DNA from: a virus
Lineage: Duplodnaviria; Caudoviricetes
DNA: 64,000 nt
Reading direction: 5' to 3' (one strand)
IMG/VR virus record: IMGVR_UViG_3300032272_000006
Coordinates: 1-64,000 of that record
In this document: positions 37,059 through 45,841 of the stretch, piece by piece
Numbering within the stretch: the first letter of the stretch is position 1
How the letters are laid out: each line of letters opens with the position of its first letter
Notes under the pieces: model-generated
Told to the model about the DNA's origin: nothing
Database searches by the model: none
The model's input: the letters and a program-made list of their open reading frames with translations, nothing else
Position numbers and translations under genes: made by a program

Positions 37059-37990
37059 TGCCTTTCACTATGTCCCCACCCGCGGCCCAATTGATCGTCC
37101 CGCGAGATAAGACGCTCGTGACAGGACCCGACCTTTGGTCGGGCGTCAGGTCGGGCTGCTGGACTTTCGACGGAGGCGGGGACCGCGAGTTTGTGCCGGA
37201 CATTGCTAGAGGCGGTTCCTACGGTTTAATGCCGCAAGCACTGGCGACAAAATTAACTGGGAAATTAGGTCCTGGTTTGAACGTGGGAAGCACTACAGGC
37301 ACAGGAGACATCTGGGAGTATGGTCTCCGGTCACTCTCGGGTGGAGCATTTTACGACTCGACAAACTTCCTCCGGCCTACGGCAAGTATCATCGACGCGC
37401 AAGGGTTCTACATTGAGGTCCTTGCAGAGCTGTTCTCGGCGCCGGTCGCTCAATCAGGAATATGGACGAACGCGAGGAAGACTGCCAGCTCCTACGAAGG
37501 CATCGACCTTAGCGTTGACCCTACAACCAATAGGCCTTTTATGAACTTCGGGGATAGTGACTCGACGAGTAGCACGAACCGCCGGAGCTGCTCGTGCAAT
37601 GAAGCCATGCCTGTCGGGGAACCCTGCTTAATTCAGTTTGCTACGGACGACAATTTCACGCAGACGAATTGGCACATGGGCGTCAATGGAGTATACGGAG
37701 AGTCATTCAGCGGTACAGCGTCCGACGTGCCAGAATACGACACCGTCTTCTCAACCACTATGCACATTATGGTGGGCGGTCAGAACCGCCCTTTTGTCAC
37801 CAACAACTTCCCGGGTGTAATCTACGGCTTCAACGTAATCTACCGCGACTTCAGCCCAGCGCAAATGCTCGAGCGGTATCGTCGTTTCTGGGAAATGTTC
37901 ACGCCCGCACGGACGCGCGAACTGGCGCCAAGCGGATTCCTCAACTTGCGCAACACCGGCCCCGCACCTCAGGCGCAGAGCCTATCCTGA
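37058..37990 (+). CDS. LamG/concanavalin-like domain protein
   Basis: Beta-sandwich pattern, FPGVIYG..V..R..SPAQ C-terminus. Confidence 0.6.
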   Translation: MPFTMSPPAAQLIVPRDKTLVTGPDLWSGVRSGCWTFDGGGDREFVPDIARGGSYGLMPQALATKLTGKLGPGLNVGSTTGTGDIWEYGLRSLSGGAFYDSTNFLRPTASIIDAQGFYIEVLAELFSAPVAQSGIWTNARKTASSYEGIDLSVDPTTNRPFMNFGDSDSTSSTNRRSCSCNEAMPVGEPCLIQFATDDNFTQTNWHMGVNGVYGESFSGTASDVPEYDTVFSTTMHIMVGGQNRPFVTNNFPGVIYGFNVIYRDFSPAQMLERYRRFWEMFTPARTRELAPSGFLNLRNTGPAPQAQSLS

Positions 37991-38068
37991 TTACTCGGTT
38001 GTAGGTAGACCCTTCGCCACCGATAATTCGACACCCTTACTAGAATTCTTTCGCGAAAGGAGAAAATC

Positions 38069-38284
38069 ATGCTCAAGGGTTATCGCACGATCATCTTCAA
38101 CCTGGTTATGCCAGGCCTGATGATCCTCAGCACGACTGGCGTTATCGGAGCGGGTGAAGCCCCGACCGCCGACGAGGTCAACGTGTTCCTCGACAATCTG
38201 GACGGCGTCCTTACCGCCGTGTGGGGTATCGGAAACCTCATCCTCCGGAAAGTCACAACCGGTCCCGTTGGTACGTCCCGATGA
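38069..38284 (+). CDS. Holin-like two-TM protein
   Basis: KGYRTIIFN start, two hydrophobic segments, AAGGAG RBS. Confidence 0.6.
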   Translation: MLKGYRTIIFNLVMPGLMILSTTGVIGAGEAPTADEVNVFLDNLDGVLTAVWGIGNLILRKVTTGPVGTSR

Positions 38285-38652
38285 AGGGCCTTATTGCAGC
38301 GGTCATGATGGTCTTCGCGCTTGCCGCGTGTACCATCACCGAAGGTACGGTGCCCGTGACCGGCACCGAGCGCTACGTCCAAGCCGATGGCGCCTACAAG
38401 GCGTTGCTCGTCACCGTCAAGGACGGCGTGCAGCGTGGCACCATCCAAGGGCCCAATGCCGTCCGCGTCAAGCAAGCACTTTCCACGGCCCGAGTCGCGC
38501 TCGATGCGTGGGCCTTGAACACGGAAAGCAGCACAGCCGAAGACAAGGCCATCCTCGCCCTACAGGGCGCTCGCGAACTCCTGCGAGCACTCGCGCCGGT
38601 GCCGAAACCTGTCTCGTTGGGCACGGGACCGCCTTTCGCGGTCGCGGCTTAA
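38281..38652 (+). CDS. Lipoprotein (possible spanin component)
   Basis: Signal peptide with lipobox LAAC. Confidence 0.7.
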   Translation: MKGLIAAVMMVFALAACTITEGTVPVTGTERYVQADGAYKALLVTVKDGVQRGTIQGPNAVRVKQALSTARVALDAWALNTESSTAEDKAILALQGARELLRALAPVPKPVSLGTGPPFAVAA

Positions 38653-38672
38653 TTTAAACCCCAAACCCAAGG

Positions 38673-38888
38673 ATGATCATCATGGGAACAGCAACAGCGC
38701 TTGCGCTCGGCGACTTGCTTCTCTCGGCCGGGATCAACTACCTCCTTCAGAAGCAGAAGGTGGACGCCGTCATTGCGACGGCCCGGGCCGAAGGACGCGA
38801 GGTCACGCCCGAGGAGCTCGATGCTCTGAAGGTGGAACGCGACAAACTTGCCGACGAAGTCAACGGCTTGCTGGATTCTGTGTCCTGA
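38673..38888 (+). CDS. Small amphipathic helical protein
   Basis: AAGGA RBS; follows lipoprotein. Confidence 0.65.
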   Translation: MIIMGTATALALGDLLLSAGINYLLQKQKVDAVIATARAEGREVTPEELDALKVERDKLADEVNGLLDSVS

Positions 38889-38913
38889 CGGTCACTTAAT
38901 CCAAAGCAGTCAA

Positions 38914-38958
38914 CAATAACCGGGCGGAGCCTTGCAGAGATGCGGTTCCGCCCGCTTT
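38914..38958. terminator. Hairpin between convergent genes
   Basis: GGGCGGAGCC...GGTTCCGCCC. Confidence 0.6.
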
Positions 38959-38985
38959 GTATATGACGGTGGGCGAGCGTTACTA

Positions 38986-39219
38986 CTACCCTACGCTCTG
39001 CGCGTCTCTGTCGGTGGTTTCCGCGAGGTCCAGGAGCACTTCAACGTGATCCGGGATTGACTGCCGCTCGTTGCGCCAATTCGACACAGTTTGCTCGCTC
39101 TTGCGAACAAAGTCGGCAATCTTTTTATTTGTCCATCCGAGGCGCCGTTGGCGTTTGCGGAATTCTGTGGCGTCCATTTTTGTAATTCTTTCTCGGGCGT
39201 TTAAACGAGGTTTCATCAT
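38986..39219 (-). CDS. XRE/Cro-type HTH regulator
   Basis: LGWTNKKIADFVRKSEQTVSNW helix-turn-helix; GAGGTG RBS before ATG 39219. Confidence 0.85.
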   Translation of the reverse strand: MMKPRLNARERITKMDATEFRKRQRRLGWTNKKIADFVRKSEQTVSNWRNERQSIPDHVEVLLDLAETTDRDAQSVG

Positions 39220-39237
39220 ACACCTCGAAATAAGGTG

Positions 39238-39266
39238 TTGACAGAGAAATATAAGGCACTTATAAT
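39238..39266 (+). promoter_or_regulatory. Consensus sigma70 promoter with operator TATAAGGCACTTATA (39250-39264)
   Basis: TTGACA-17-TATAAT exact consensus, divergent from HTH gene. Confidence 0.88.
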
Positions 39267-39297
39267 CCTCAACATCAACGAACAAAGGAGACGGATC

Positions 39298-39513
39298 ATG
39301 TCTACGGAATTCAAACGAGTCGAAGCGAAGACGGAAGCCGACAAGCCAGTGGGCATGACGCAGTTCTGCGGCCCCAAGGTTGGCGAAGGCGTCGACCGGA
39401 AGCGGATGCAGTTCACGGTCGGCGACCAGTGGGTCGATATGTCTCGGGCCCAGGTTGTCGCAATGGTGGCAGCAATGACTGAGTGGGTCGCCGGCGAACG
39501 GGAGGAGGAATAA
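39298..39513 (+). CDS. Early hypothetical protein
   Basis: AAGGAG RBS, ATG 39298. Confidence 0.75.
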   Translation: MSTEFKRVEAKTEADKPVGMTQFCGPKVGEGVDRKRMQFTVGDQWVDMSRAQVVAMVAAMTEWVAGEREEE

Positions 39514-39516
39514 AAT

Positions 39517-39612
39517 AACGGGCGGCGCGTTTAAACGTCGCCCGTTAATTCCTTCTTAACGACTTTGTGCTACTATAGCAACATCGAAACAACGAACACG
39601 GAGACAGATCAT
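39517..39612 (+). promoter_or_regulatory. Hairpin with GTTTAAAC loop, CtrA box (39545-39560) and early promoter/leader
   Basis: TTAA-TTCCTTC-TTAAC, TGTGCTACTATAGCAACATCGAAAC...ACGGAGAC. Confidence 0.82.
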
Positions 39613-40003
39613 GGGCGTCTACATTTACACACTGCGTGCCGAGAACAAAGTCATCGACAACAAGACAATCCACGTCGCGAAGTTCGCCGGCAAGCCCTTC
39701 TGGAATGGTCAAGGTAATGGCAAGATCGACCGCGCGGTTGGAATTGCTGACCGCACCTTCGAGAAGCGCGGCTACCGCCCTGAGTATTTCGTCCTCGAGG
39801 GCTTCGATGGCGAAGACATGGAAGTCTACCACAACCTGCACGGTTACACGTCCTTCTGCGACGACTCGACTCTCGGCGTCGAAGATCGCTGCCCTTGCAT
39901 CGGCAAGCTGGTTCGCGGCGGAATGAGTGGCTGGGTTTTCGAGCCGAAGGCGGCTCCTGAGCCAACCTACGCCGACCAATTCGAAGCAATGATGGAAAGG
40001 TAA
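39611..40003 (+). CDS. Early hypothetical protein
   Basis: Own promoter, RBS and terminator. Confidence 0.8.
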   Translation: MGVYIYTLRAENKVIDNKTIHVAKFAGKPFWNGQGNGKIDRAVGIADRTFEKRGYRPEYFVLEGFDGEDMEVYHNLHGYTSFCDDSTLGVEDRCPCIGKLVRGGMSGWVFEPKAAPEPTYADQFEAMMER

Positions 40004-40007
40004 GTTG

Positions 40008-40138
40008 TGGGGCCGCGAATAAAAACGCGGCCCCATTAACGGAATCTTCATCACTTTGTGTTATGCGCGAACTAGGTTGGGTTTTACCCAAATCCTAAAC
40101 GATAGGTGTTGAAAAGAAGGTAGCAATGTGCTAGTTTA
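40008..40138 (+). promoter_or_regulatory. Terminator, degenerate CtrA-type promoter (TTAA-N7-TTCA 40036-40050) and TTGAAA-17-TAGTTT promoter
   Basis: GGGGCCGCG/CGCGGCCCC hairpin and motifs seen in sequence. Confidence 0.6.
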
Positions 40139-40167
40139 TGATCATCAACGAAGCAATGGAGACGATC

Positions 40168-40386
40168 ATGTTTGACAAAAAAGCCTTCTCAATCCACGCC
40201 GGTTACATCACCTACAACGGCAAGTTCGTTGCGCGTTTCAAGTATCGCGCTCGTAACGCTCGCGGGTTTGCCTCCTTCATCGCCGCGAACTTCACCCCTG
40301 CAGAGTACTTCGCCCGCATGGACGCCGGCGAGCTGCCCTTGATCATCGCGCAGTCGAAAGGCTTTGCCTTCCCCGCGCCGAAATAA
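40168..40386 (+). CDS. Early hypothetical protein
   Basis: GGAG RBS, ATG 40168. Confidence 0.75.
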   Translation: MFDKKAFSIHAGYITYNGKFVARFKYRARNARGFASFIAANFTPAEYFARMDAGELPLIIAQSKGFAFPAPK

Positions 40387-40481
40387 ATCGTAGGGGCTGC
40401 GTTTAAACGCAGACCTTAACGATTTCTTCATACCTTTATGCTACTATAGCAACATCGAAACAACGAACACGGAGACGAACC
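40385..40481 (+). promoter_or_regulatory. GTTTAAAC hairpin, CtrA-like box (40416-40430) and early promoter
   Basis: TTAA-CGATTTC-TTCA, TATGCTACTATAGCAACATCGAAAC. Confidence 0.78.
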
Positions 40482-40925
40482 ATGCTTTATTTCATCCTCG
40501 ACATCCACGGCGAAGAAGTTCTCGAAGTCACCAGCGACTTCAAGCGCGCCGAAGCGGCTCGCCTGTCGGGCGACCACGAAGTCACCTCGCGCAACGACAT
40601 TGAGGACTTCGTCTACGCCGAGAACCTTGCCGAAATGGCAACCGGCCTGACGGGCGAGATTCACACCGCGGTCGACCAAGGCCTTCACCACTACCCGCGC
40701 TTTGACGTGATCCGCGTTCCGCACGTTGGCGACGAGGTGTCCTACGCCTTCAACGGTGACTCGTACCCTTGCGGAACGGTGACCGCGATCACGAAGAGCC
40801 TTCGTAAAGTGACGACGAGTGGTGGACGCGTCTTCTGGCGTCGCAAGCTGAGCGGTTCCTGGGTCAACAACGGGACCTGGTCCCTGCAGGGTGGTCACGT
40901 CGAAACTCGCAACCCGCACATTTAA
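40482..40925 (+). CDS. Early hypothetical protein
   Basis: GGAG RBS; GDEVSYAFNGD motif. Confidence 0.8.
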   Translation: MLYFILDIHGEEVLEVTSDFKRAEAARLSGDHEVTSRNDIEDFVYAENLAEMATGLTGEIHTAVDQGLHHYPRFDVIRVPHVGDEVSYAFNGDSYPCGTVTAITKSLRKVTTSGGRVFWRRKLSGSWVNNGTWSLQGGHVETRNPHI

Positions 40926-40930
40926 TCACT

Positions 40931-41012
40931 GAGGGGGCGTTTAAACGCGCCCCCTTAACGATTCTTTAATACCTTTGTGCTACTATCAATCATCGAAACA
41001 AAGGAGCAGATC
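40931..41012 (+). promoter_or_regulatory. GTTTAAAC hairpin, CtrA box (40955-40969) and early promoter
   Basis: TTAA-CGATTCT-TTAA, TGTGCTACTATCAATCATCGAAAC. Confidence 0.82.
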
Positions 41013-41222
41013 ATGTCGCAGAAAATGGAAATTATCGGTAACCTCCTGCAGAATTGCATTGCGAACGCGCCCGAGAAGGACCGTAACCAACTCGCGCAGG
41101 CCCTTGAGGACTACTTTGAGATGTTCCCGAACACGCAAATCCGCGGTCGCATGATGCAGGAATTTCTGGACGCGGCAATCGAGGGCTCCGACGCTCGCGC
41201 GACGTACAAGGTGGCGAAATGA
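41013..41222 (+). CDS. Early hypothetical protein
   Basis: AAGGAG RBS. Confidence 0.75.
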   Translation: MSQKMEIIGNLLQNCIANAPEKDRNQLAQALEDYFEMFPNTQIRGRMMQEFLDAAIEGSDARATYKVAK

Positions 41223-41362
41223 AATACTCGCTGCTAATCCTCGCCCTCCTCGTCACCGGCTGCGCCGGGGACTGGACAATCCCGGCCGCGTCGAACCAAT
41301 CCCACCAGGATTTCCTGAAAAGGAATTTCTACGCGACCCACGGAAAACTTCAATCCCGTTAA
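41219..41362 (+). CDS. 47-aa lipoprotein (not in ORF track)
   Basis: MKYSLLILALLVTGC lipobox; ATGA overlap. Confidence 0.65.
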   Translation: MKYSLLILALLVTGCAGDWTIPAASNQSHQDFLKRNFYATHGKLQSR

Positions 41363-41417
41363 GGTTTTCTTAATACCTTTGTGCTACTATCAATCATCGA
41401 AACAAAGGAATAGCGCA
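41359..41417 (+). promoter_or_regulatory. CtrA box (41359-41373) and early promoter
   Basis: TTAA-GGTTTTC-TTAA, TGTGCTACTATCAATCATCGAAAC. Confidence 0.82.
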
Positions 41418-41684
41418 ATGATTATCAGCCTCTGGAATCGCGACCTTGAATTGACCGACGAGCAAGTCGAGCGCCTGCAGACTTGGATCCTCGATTACCT
41501 CGCGAAGCGCACGAACGAGCGCGAGAGTCTGACCCACCTGGTTGGCGAGGTTCGTTGCTACACTCGCCTGAAATTCCCGACGCGCACGACCGACGCGGAA
41601 ACGATGTTCGAGGCCCTCGGTTTCACACTCGTCCGCGAGAAAAATGCCTCGGGTTGCACCCTGCGAACTTATGTGACCGTTTAA
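41418..41684 (+). CDS. Early hypothetical protein
   Basis: AAGGA RBS. Confidence 0.75.
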   Translation: MIISLWNRDLELTDEQVERLQTWILDYLAKRTNERESLTHLVGEVRCYTRLKFPTRTTDAETMFEALGFTLVREKNASGCTLRTYVTV

Positions 41685-41739
41685 GGTTTTCTTAACGACT
41701 TTGTGCTACTATCAATCATCGAAACAACGGAGACGAACC
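41681..41739 (+). promoter_or_regulatory. CtrA box (41681-41696) and early promoter
   Basis: TTAA-GGTTTTC-TTAAC, TGTGCTACTATCAATCATCGAAAC. Confidence 0.85.
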
Positions 41740-42054
41740 ATGCACGTAGCCCCTTATATCCTCCCGACCGGCGAGAAAATGAATCCGAGCAACCCAGTTG
41801 ACGCGACATACTACGACGAAGGCCAGGTCGCCTACATCATGCAGAAAGAAGACGCGACGAAGCCGACTCGGGTTTTCACCAGCTTCGGCGAACTCGGTGG
41901 CAAATGGGCAATCGGCGAAGTGATCGAATGCCGGCACGACCAGGATAATAGCCTCCTCGGCATTATGACCGTCGTCGGCACGGTCGTCTACAAGACGGGC
42001 GAAAAGGAGGGCAACGTTCCCGACCGCAAGCTCGCCCATGCGGTTTTCAAATAG
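41740..42054 (+). CDS. Early hypothetical protein
   Basis: GGAG RBS. Confidence 0.75.
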   Translation: MHVAPYILPTGEKMNPSNPVDATYYDEGQVAYIMQKEDATKPTRVFTSFGELGGKWAIGEVIECRHDQDNSLLGIMTVVGTVVYKTGEKEGNVPDRKLAHAVFK

Positions 42055-42066
42055 AAAGGAGATTCT

Positions 42067-42098
42067 TAAACGGGCGTCACTTCGGTGGCGCCCGTTTA
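42067..42098. terminator. Bidirectional terminator hairpin
   Basis: TTAAACGGGCGTCAC-TTCG-GTGGCGCCCGTTTAA between convergent genes. Confidence 0.8.
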
Positions 42099-43982
42099 AA
42101 CGTTCGTGTCCACAAGCACCATAGAGTCCCCAAAAGTAACGGTGTCTTTGTTGCGCTCGAAGTACCCTCCATAGACGAGGTTGGTATCGGCGCCAAAAGT
42201 GTCGAAGTTAATTCCTGACCCAAGAGCCGCGTTGATGTTCTCCCCGGCTGTGAAGTCATTCCGTATCACCTCAACGTCACACCAACCCGTTCCCGAAAGC
42301 AGGAATACTCCTGCAGGCGGTACATGCGACAAGTCCCAAGCCGCGCTTGTCTGGGTCAGGTATACTGCGTCTATTACCTCAAACGTCCAACCCCCATCCC
42401 ACGTTGCAAATTCTCTTGCATGACCTACCCAAGCTCCCGTCGGAGTGTCGCCTACGACGTAAGGCAGTGAAGTTATGGGTGTCTGTGGTGGGTCGTTTAG
42501 GATGCCATCATGCGCCTCAGTAGACGCCTGTCCGCTGTATCGTGCGAAGCCGGATCCCGCTGTGATTGAACCAAGCCCGGAAGGGCCTCTAACTATGAAG
42601 GCGGTATCCGTCGTCGCCTTGTTGCCCTCAACGTCGCAGCTTTGCAGCATCCCGACGTTGAAAGCCGCCCATATTGCGCCGTCCGACATGCCCGAGAAAT
42701 TAACCGTGTTCCTATGCAGCTTTGCATCCCGCAGCGCGGCCCAAGTGTAGGCGGCGTCTCGATCACAAGGCGCCGCGAACTCGACGTGATTATCTTCGCT
42801 TATGACCCTGGTTGAGTACTGAACGTTGAAAGCCTCTCGCTTCGGGGAGCCCGCTTTAACGGCAAAAGAACATGATCCACTATTTCTTGAAACGTTCACA
42901 TTCTTCGCGTGGGTTATGTTGACGAAACCTCCCGCGCCTTGGTTGAACACGTCGAAGAAAACGTTGTCTGTTGCGGTGTATCCTACCTTGGTATTTGCGC
43001 CGTTGGGGACCTCAGTAGACGTCCACCCCTGCCCATGTATCGTGTTGCCGGACAGCTTAATATTCTCACCCGCGAGTTCGAGCCAGTTAGGTGTCAACTC
43101 GCCGCTCTTGATCGTCCCGTCTTTGATTTTAAGGTCACGGCATAGGATTGAAAGGGTACGATACCGAGCCGCATCGAAGAAGCAATTCTCAAGTGATATT
43201 CGCTGATTTATATGACCTGCGGCCATCCATGACTCGTCAAGCCACAACTCAACACTCATCCTACCGCAACCGTAAATCTGAACTGATTTAAAGTCCATTT
43301 CTGAGAACGTTCCCACGGTAGCGATAGCGTTGCCTCCCACGAGCGAACTCAAGTTGCTAGGATCAGGGCTTCCCGTCTCGCGGACAACGACGTTCTCAAA
43401 AACGACACCCACCACTGGAACGTCTAAGGTGTTGTTGTTCAATTGAATTGCGGTGAAATTCTGTTCCAACAGCAAGTCACGGAAAACAAGTCGACCGTAA
43501 TTCGTGGAGTTACCGAAGTCGTCCTCGGCAAATATCGCGCGGCCCGCAGCCTTTGAGAAATTGACGTCTTCAATGTGGAAACCGTCTAAGGTCACGCCCG
43601 AGGATTTTAAATTAAGGAGGGACGTCTGATCGCTAGCAGAAACGCTGTCTGTGCCTTGTCCTGCGAGGTCCCAAGTGCCCTGAAATTCTCCACCCTTCAT
43701 CGTGAAGTTGCTACCTTGAACTCGTATGCCCGCTGAAGCTAATTGTGTACTGCCGAACTTTATTATTGTCTTTTTGTCAAGTAGAAGAGTTGTGTTGTCA
43801 GGAATGACTACAGCTGCCTCACCGGCTGATAGCTGCGATCCTATAAGGTATGTTCCAGGAGGGAAGTATACAGGACGACCTAAAGCCTCATTGACGGCGA
43901 GCTGGATCGCAGCGCTATCGTCCGTTACCCCGTTACCCGTCGCGCCTGATTGTTTTACGGAAGTTATGAACGCGGAAGCCAC
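42096..43982 (-). CDS. Right-handed beta-helix (pectate lyase-like) protein, probable depolymerase/spike
   Basis: GATGNGVTDDSAAIQ..VYFPPGTYLI N-terminus; repeated beta-helix rungs. Confidence 0.8.
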   Translation of the reverse strand: MASAFITSVKQSGATGNGVTDDSAAIQLAVNEALGRPVYFPPGTYLIGSQLSAGEAAVVIPDNTTLLLDKKTIIKFGSTQLASAGIRVQGSNFTMKGGEFQGTWDLAGQGTDSVSASDQTSLLNLKSSGVTLDGFHIEDVNFSKAAGRAIFAEDDFGNSTNYGRLVFRDLLLEQNFTAIQLNNNTLDVPVVGVVFENVVVRETGSPDPSNLSSLVGGNAIATVGTFSEMDFKSVQIYGCGRMSVELWLDESWMAAGHINQRISLENCFFDAARYRTLSILCRDLKIKDGTIKSGELTPNWLELAGENIKLSGNTIHGQGWTSTEVPNGANTKVGYTATDNVFFDVFNQGAGGFVNITHAKNVNVSRNSGSCSFAVKAGSPKREAFNVQYSTRVISEDNHVEFAAPCDRDAAYTWAALRDAKLHRNTVNFSGMSDGAIWAAFNVGMLQSCDVEGNKATTDTAFIVRGPSGLGSITAGSGFARYSGQASTEAHDGILNDPPQTPITSLPYVVGDTPTGAWVGHAREFATWDGGWTFEVIDAVYLTQTSAAWDLSHVPPAGVFLLSGTGWCDVEVIRNDFTAGENINAALGSGINFDTFGADTNLVYGGYFERNKDTVTFGDSMVLVDTNV

Positions 43983-43994
43983 GTCGCTTCCCTT

Positions 43995-45269
43995 TCAAGC
44001 ACTTAAGGCTGTTAGATCCGTGTTTGATTTTCGGTCATTAAAAATCTTAGCTTGGGCGAGATGACCGCCCAAGTGGTTTCCTGCACTATCGTGTCCATAC
44101 CGTATGGTGGTAGGGGCGTCAGTGGCTGGGAATAGAGCAGTAGCGTCTCCCGTCTCAAGGGAGCCATCAACTGCCATGATTATATCGTTGTTGGCGTAGG
44201 CGGCGGCTGCCTTGATTAAAGTATCTCCCGAGGTGACCGCTGTGCCACTGACTAAGCCGTCAGCCCCTACACTATCAGTCGTAACGAAGTTTACATTCCT
44301 GGAAGTGTCTAATTCAAGAACCATCTGGTCTGTTAGGCCGCCGTCGTCTATTGCAAGAATCACGCGCCTAGTGGCATCTTCAGTAGCATAGCGTAAACCA
44401 ACTAGTAAGGTTCCAGTAGCTAAATTGAAGTCGAGGGCTGAAATTAGCTCGACTGGAAAATCGGCATTCCGCGTAACCGCAAGTGCAACCGTCTTAATGT
44501 AGCTTGAGGCTCGAGTTCCTTTTTCAAATTGCCAACCCCAAGCAACAACTCCTTTGGTGATGTCCCCAACGTATGGGTGGCCGACTGCCGGGTTGCCTGT
44601 GGTGTCCCTCACCCATATGTGACTACGCATGCTTACGGCCAAAACCGATTGACTCATGGATATTCTAAACGTCCCACCGCCAACGTCTTGTATCGTTGCG
44701 TCCAACGCTCCTGCCGAGGTGCTTTCCACGGTTCCAGCGTCAAGATCGAAAGTGGCCCAATCCAGGAAGTTCCCGGACGTATCATTTATGGTAAGGGACA
44801 CGTACTGGCGTCCCAGCTTCTTAACGTACACCGACTGAGTCCAAATCTCACCGATCACAGCGGTAACACCAGCGTGGAAGTGGTGATGCGTGTTGTTGTC
44901 TACAGTCTCAAGGATAGAGTCCATAGTTGTGGTGCCGTCGGGGGCTACGTGAGTGTTTGCATCAATAGATGCCCGGGCTGAGATGTAGTTGGTGTGGTCC
45001 AGCTCCTCGCTTCTGAGATTGCTGTTTTCCGCCTCACCTTCAATCAGCAGCCCCAGTAGCTCACCTGTTGCTGGGTCATAGTCAAAACGAGGAACGTCAA
45101 TAGCAGCTTCTTGCAGAACGCCGGCAGAGTCGTAATAAGTTCCTGGGGATGCGCGAGTAAAAGTCACGCCACCTAAGCTTCCAGCCGCAAAGTTATGGCT
45201 TAAAACTAATGAGGGATCGAGAGCTGCCAGCGACAGCCCTAGCCCCAAACCTATTCCGAAACCAGTCAT
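43995..45269 (-). CDS. Head fiber protein (RcGTA Rcc01080-like) with C-terminal LamG-like domain
   Basis: MTGFGIGLGLGL, FTRASPGTYYD, PRFDYDP, GLLIEG, WGWQFEKG..ASSYIKT motifs. Confidence 0.8.
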   Translation of the reverse strand: MTGFGIGLGLGLSLAALDPSLVLSHNFAAGSLGGVTFTRASPGTYYDSAGVLQEAAIDVPRFDYDPATGELLGLLIEGEAENSNLRSEELDHTNYISARASIDANTHVAPDGTTTMDSILETVDNNTHHHFHAGVTAVIGEIWTQSVYVKKLGRQYVSLTINDTSGNFLDWATFDLDAGTVESTSAGALDATIQDVGGGTFRISMSQSVLAVSMRSHIWVRDTTGNPAVGHPYVGDITKGVVAWGWQFEKGTRASSYIKTVALAVTRNADFPVELISALDFNLATGTLLVGLRYATEDATRRVILAIDDGGLTDQMVLELDTSRNVNFVTTDSVGADGLVSGTAVTSGDTLIKAAAAYANNDIIMAVDGSLETGDATALFPATDAPTTIRYGHDSAGNHLGGHLAQAKIFNDRKSNTDLTALSA

Positions 45270-45517
45270 TATCGACCCACTCGAATTTCGGTCGCAGTCG
45301 TCCCAGTAGCAAGAATTTTCTTTACGCGCATGGGGTGCCACACGCCGACTGCAAGACCAATAAGGGTGACTGAAACGGAATCATTCTCGAAGAGAACGGC
45401 TAGGGTTCCCTCCCCGCCAATGTAGACTCCGCGGGTGGTCTCAAGCAGTGTACTATCGTTGGGCGTGATACTTTCTCCAGATTGAACGCCAAAGACAGTG
45501 AATTCTGGTTCAGCCAT
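45269..45517 (-). CDS. Head spike base protein (RcGTA Rcc01079-like)
   Basis: ITPNDST..TRGVYIGGEGTL...P.RV.KILATGTTAT motif. Confidence 0.85.
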   Translation of the reverse strand: MAEPEFTVFGVQSGESITPNDSTLLETTRGVYIGGEGTLAVLFENDSVSVTLIGLAVGVWHPMRVKKILATGTTATEIRVGR

Positions 45518-45598
45518 GATATTTCCTCCATGTTTTGCTTCAGCAAATACTGATGTCAGATGGGGTTTTTGTCAACCGATACGAGAGTTCCACGGACA

Positions 45599-45757
45599 CT
45601 ATATTGTGTGATCATGATCACACTCGGAACGAATTATTCACTTCGTGGTCATGCGGTCAATGCGGTTCGTTGACTGTGCTGGATTCATATCACTAAGATT
45701 TCCAACCTATCGTGATCACACGTTATAGAGCGAACCGACCGCAACGAAAACCGCATC
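45599..45757. repeat. Composite inverted-repeat element, copy 2
   Basis: Identical 30-mer (45637-45666 = 2075-2104), 16-mer (45678-45693 = 2141-2156), 17-mer (45714-45730 = 2177-2193). Confidence 0.85.
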
Positions 45758-45841
45758 GTGTCAGACCTCAGTTCGTCGTTGTGGATTTCGGGCCCAGCAT
45801 GTATAACTGGCTGGTATCAATCGCACCAATGGAGCCAGCCT

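Noticed and set aside
38986-39219. Lysogeny module (cI/integrase)
   Set aside because: Only a short HTH without a peptidase domain; no integrase or att evidence in this window.
39517-41739. Repeated 45-60 bp units as a CRISPR array
   Set aside because: The intervals are 300-600 bp genes with RBSs, the repeats are promoters, and no cas genes are present.
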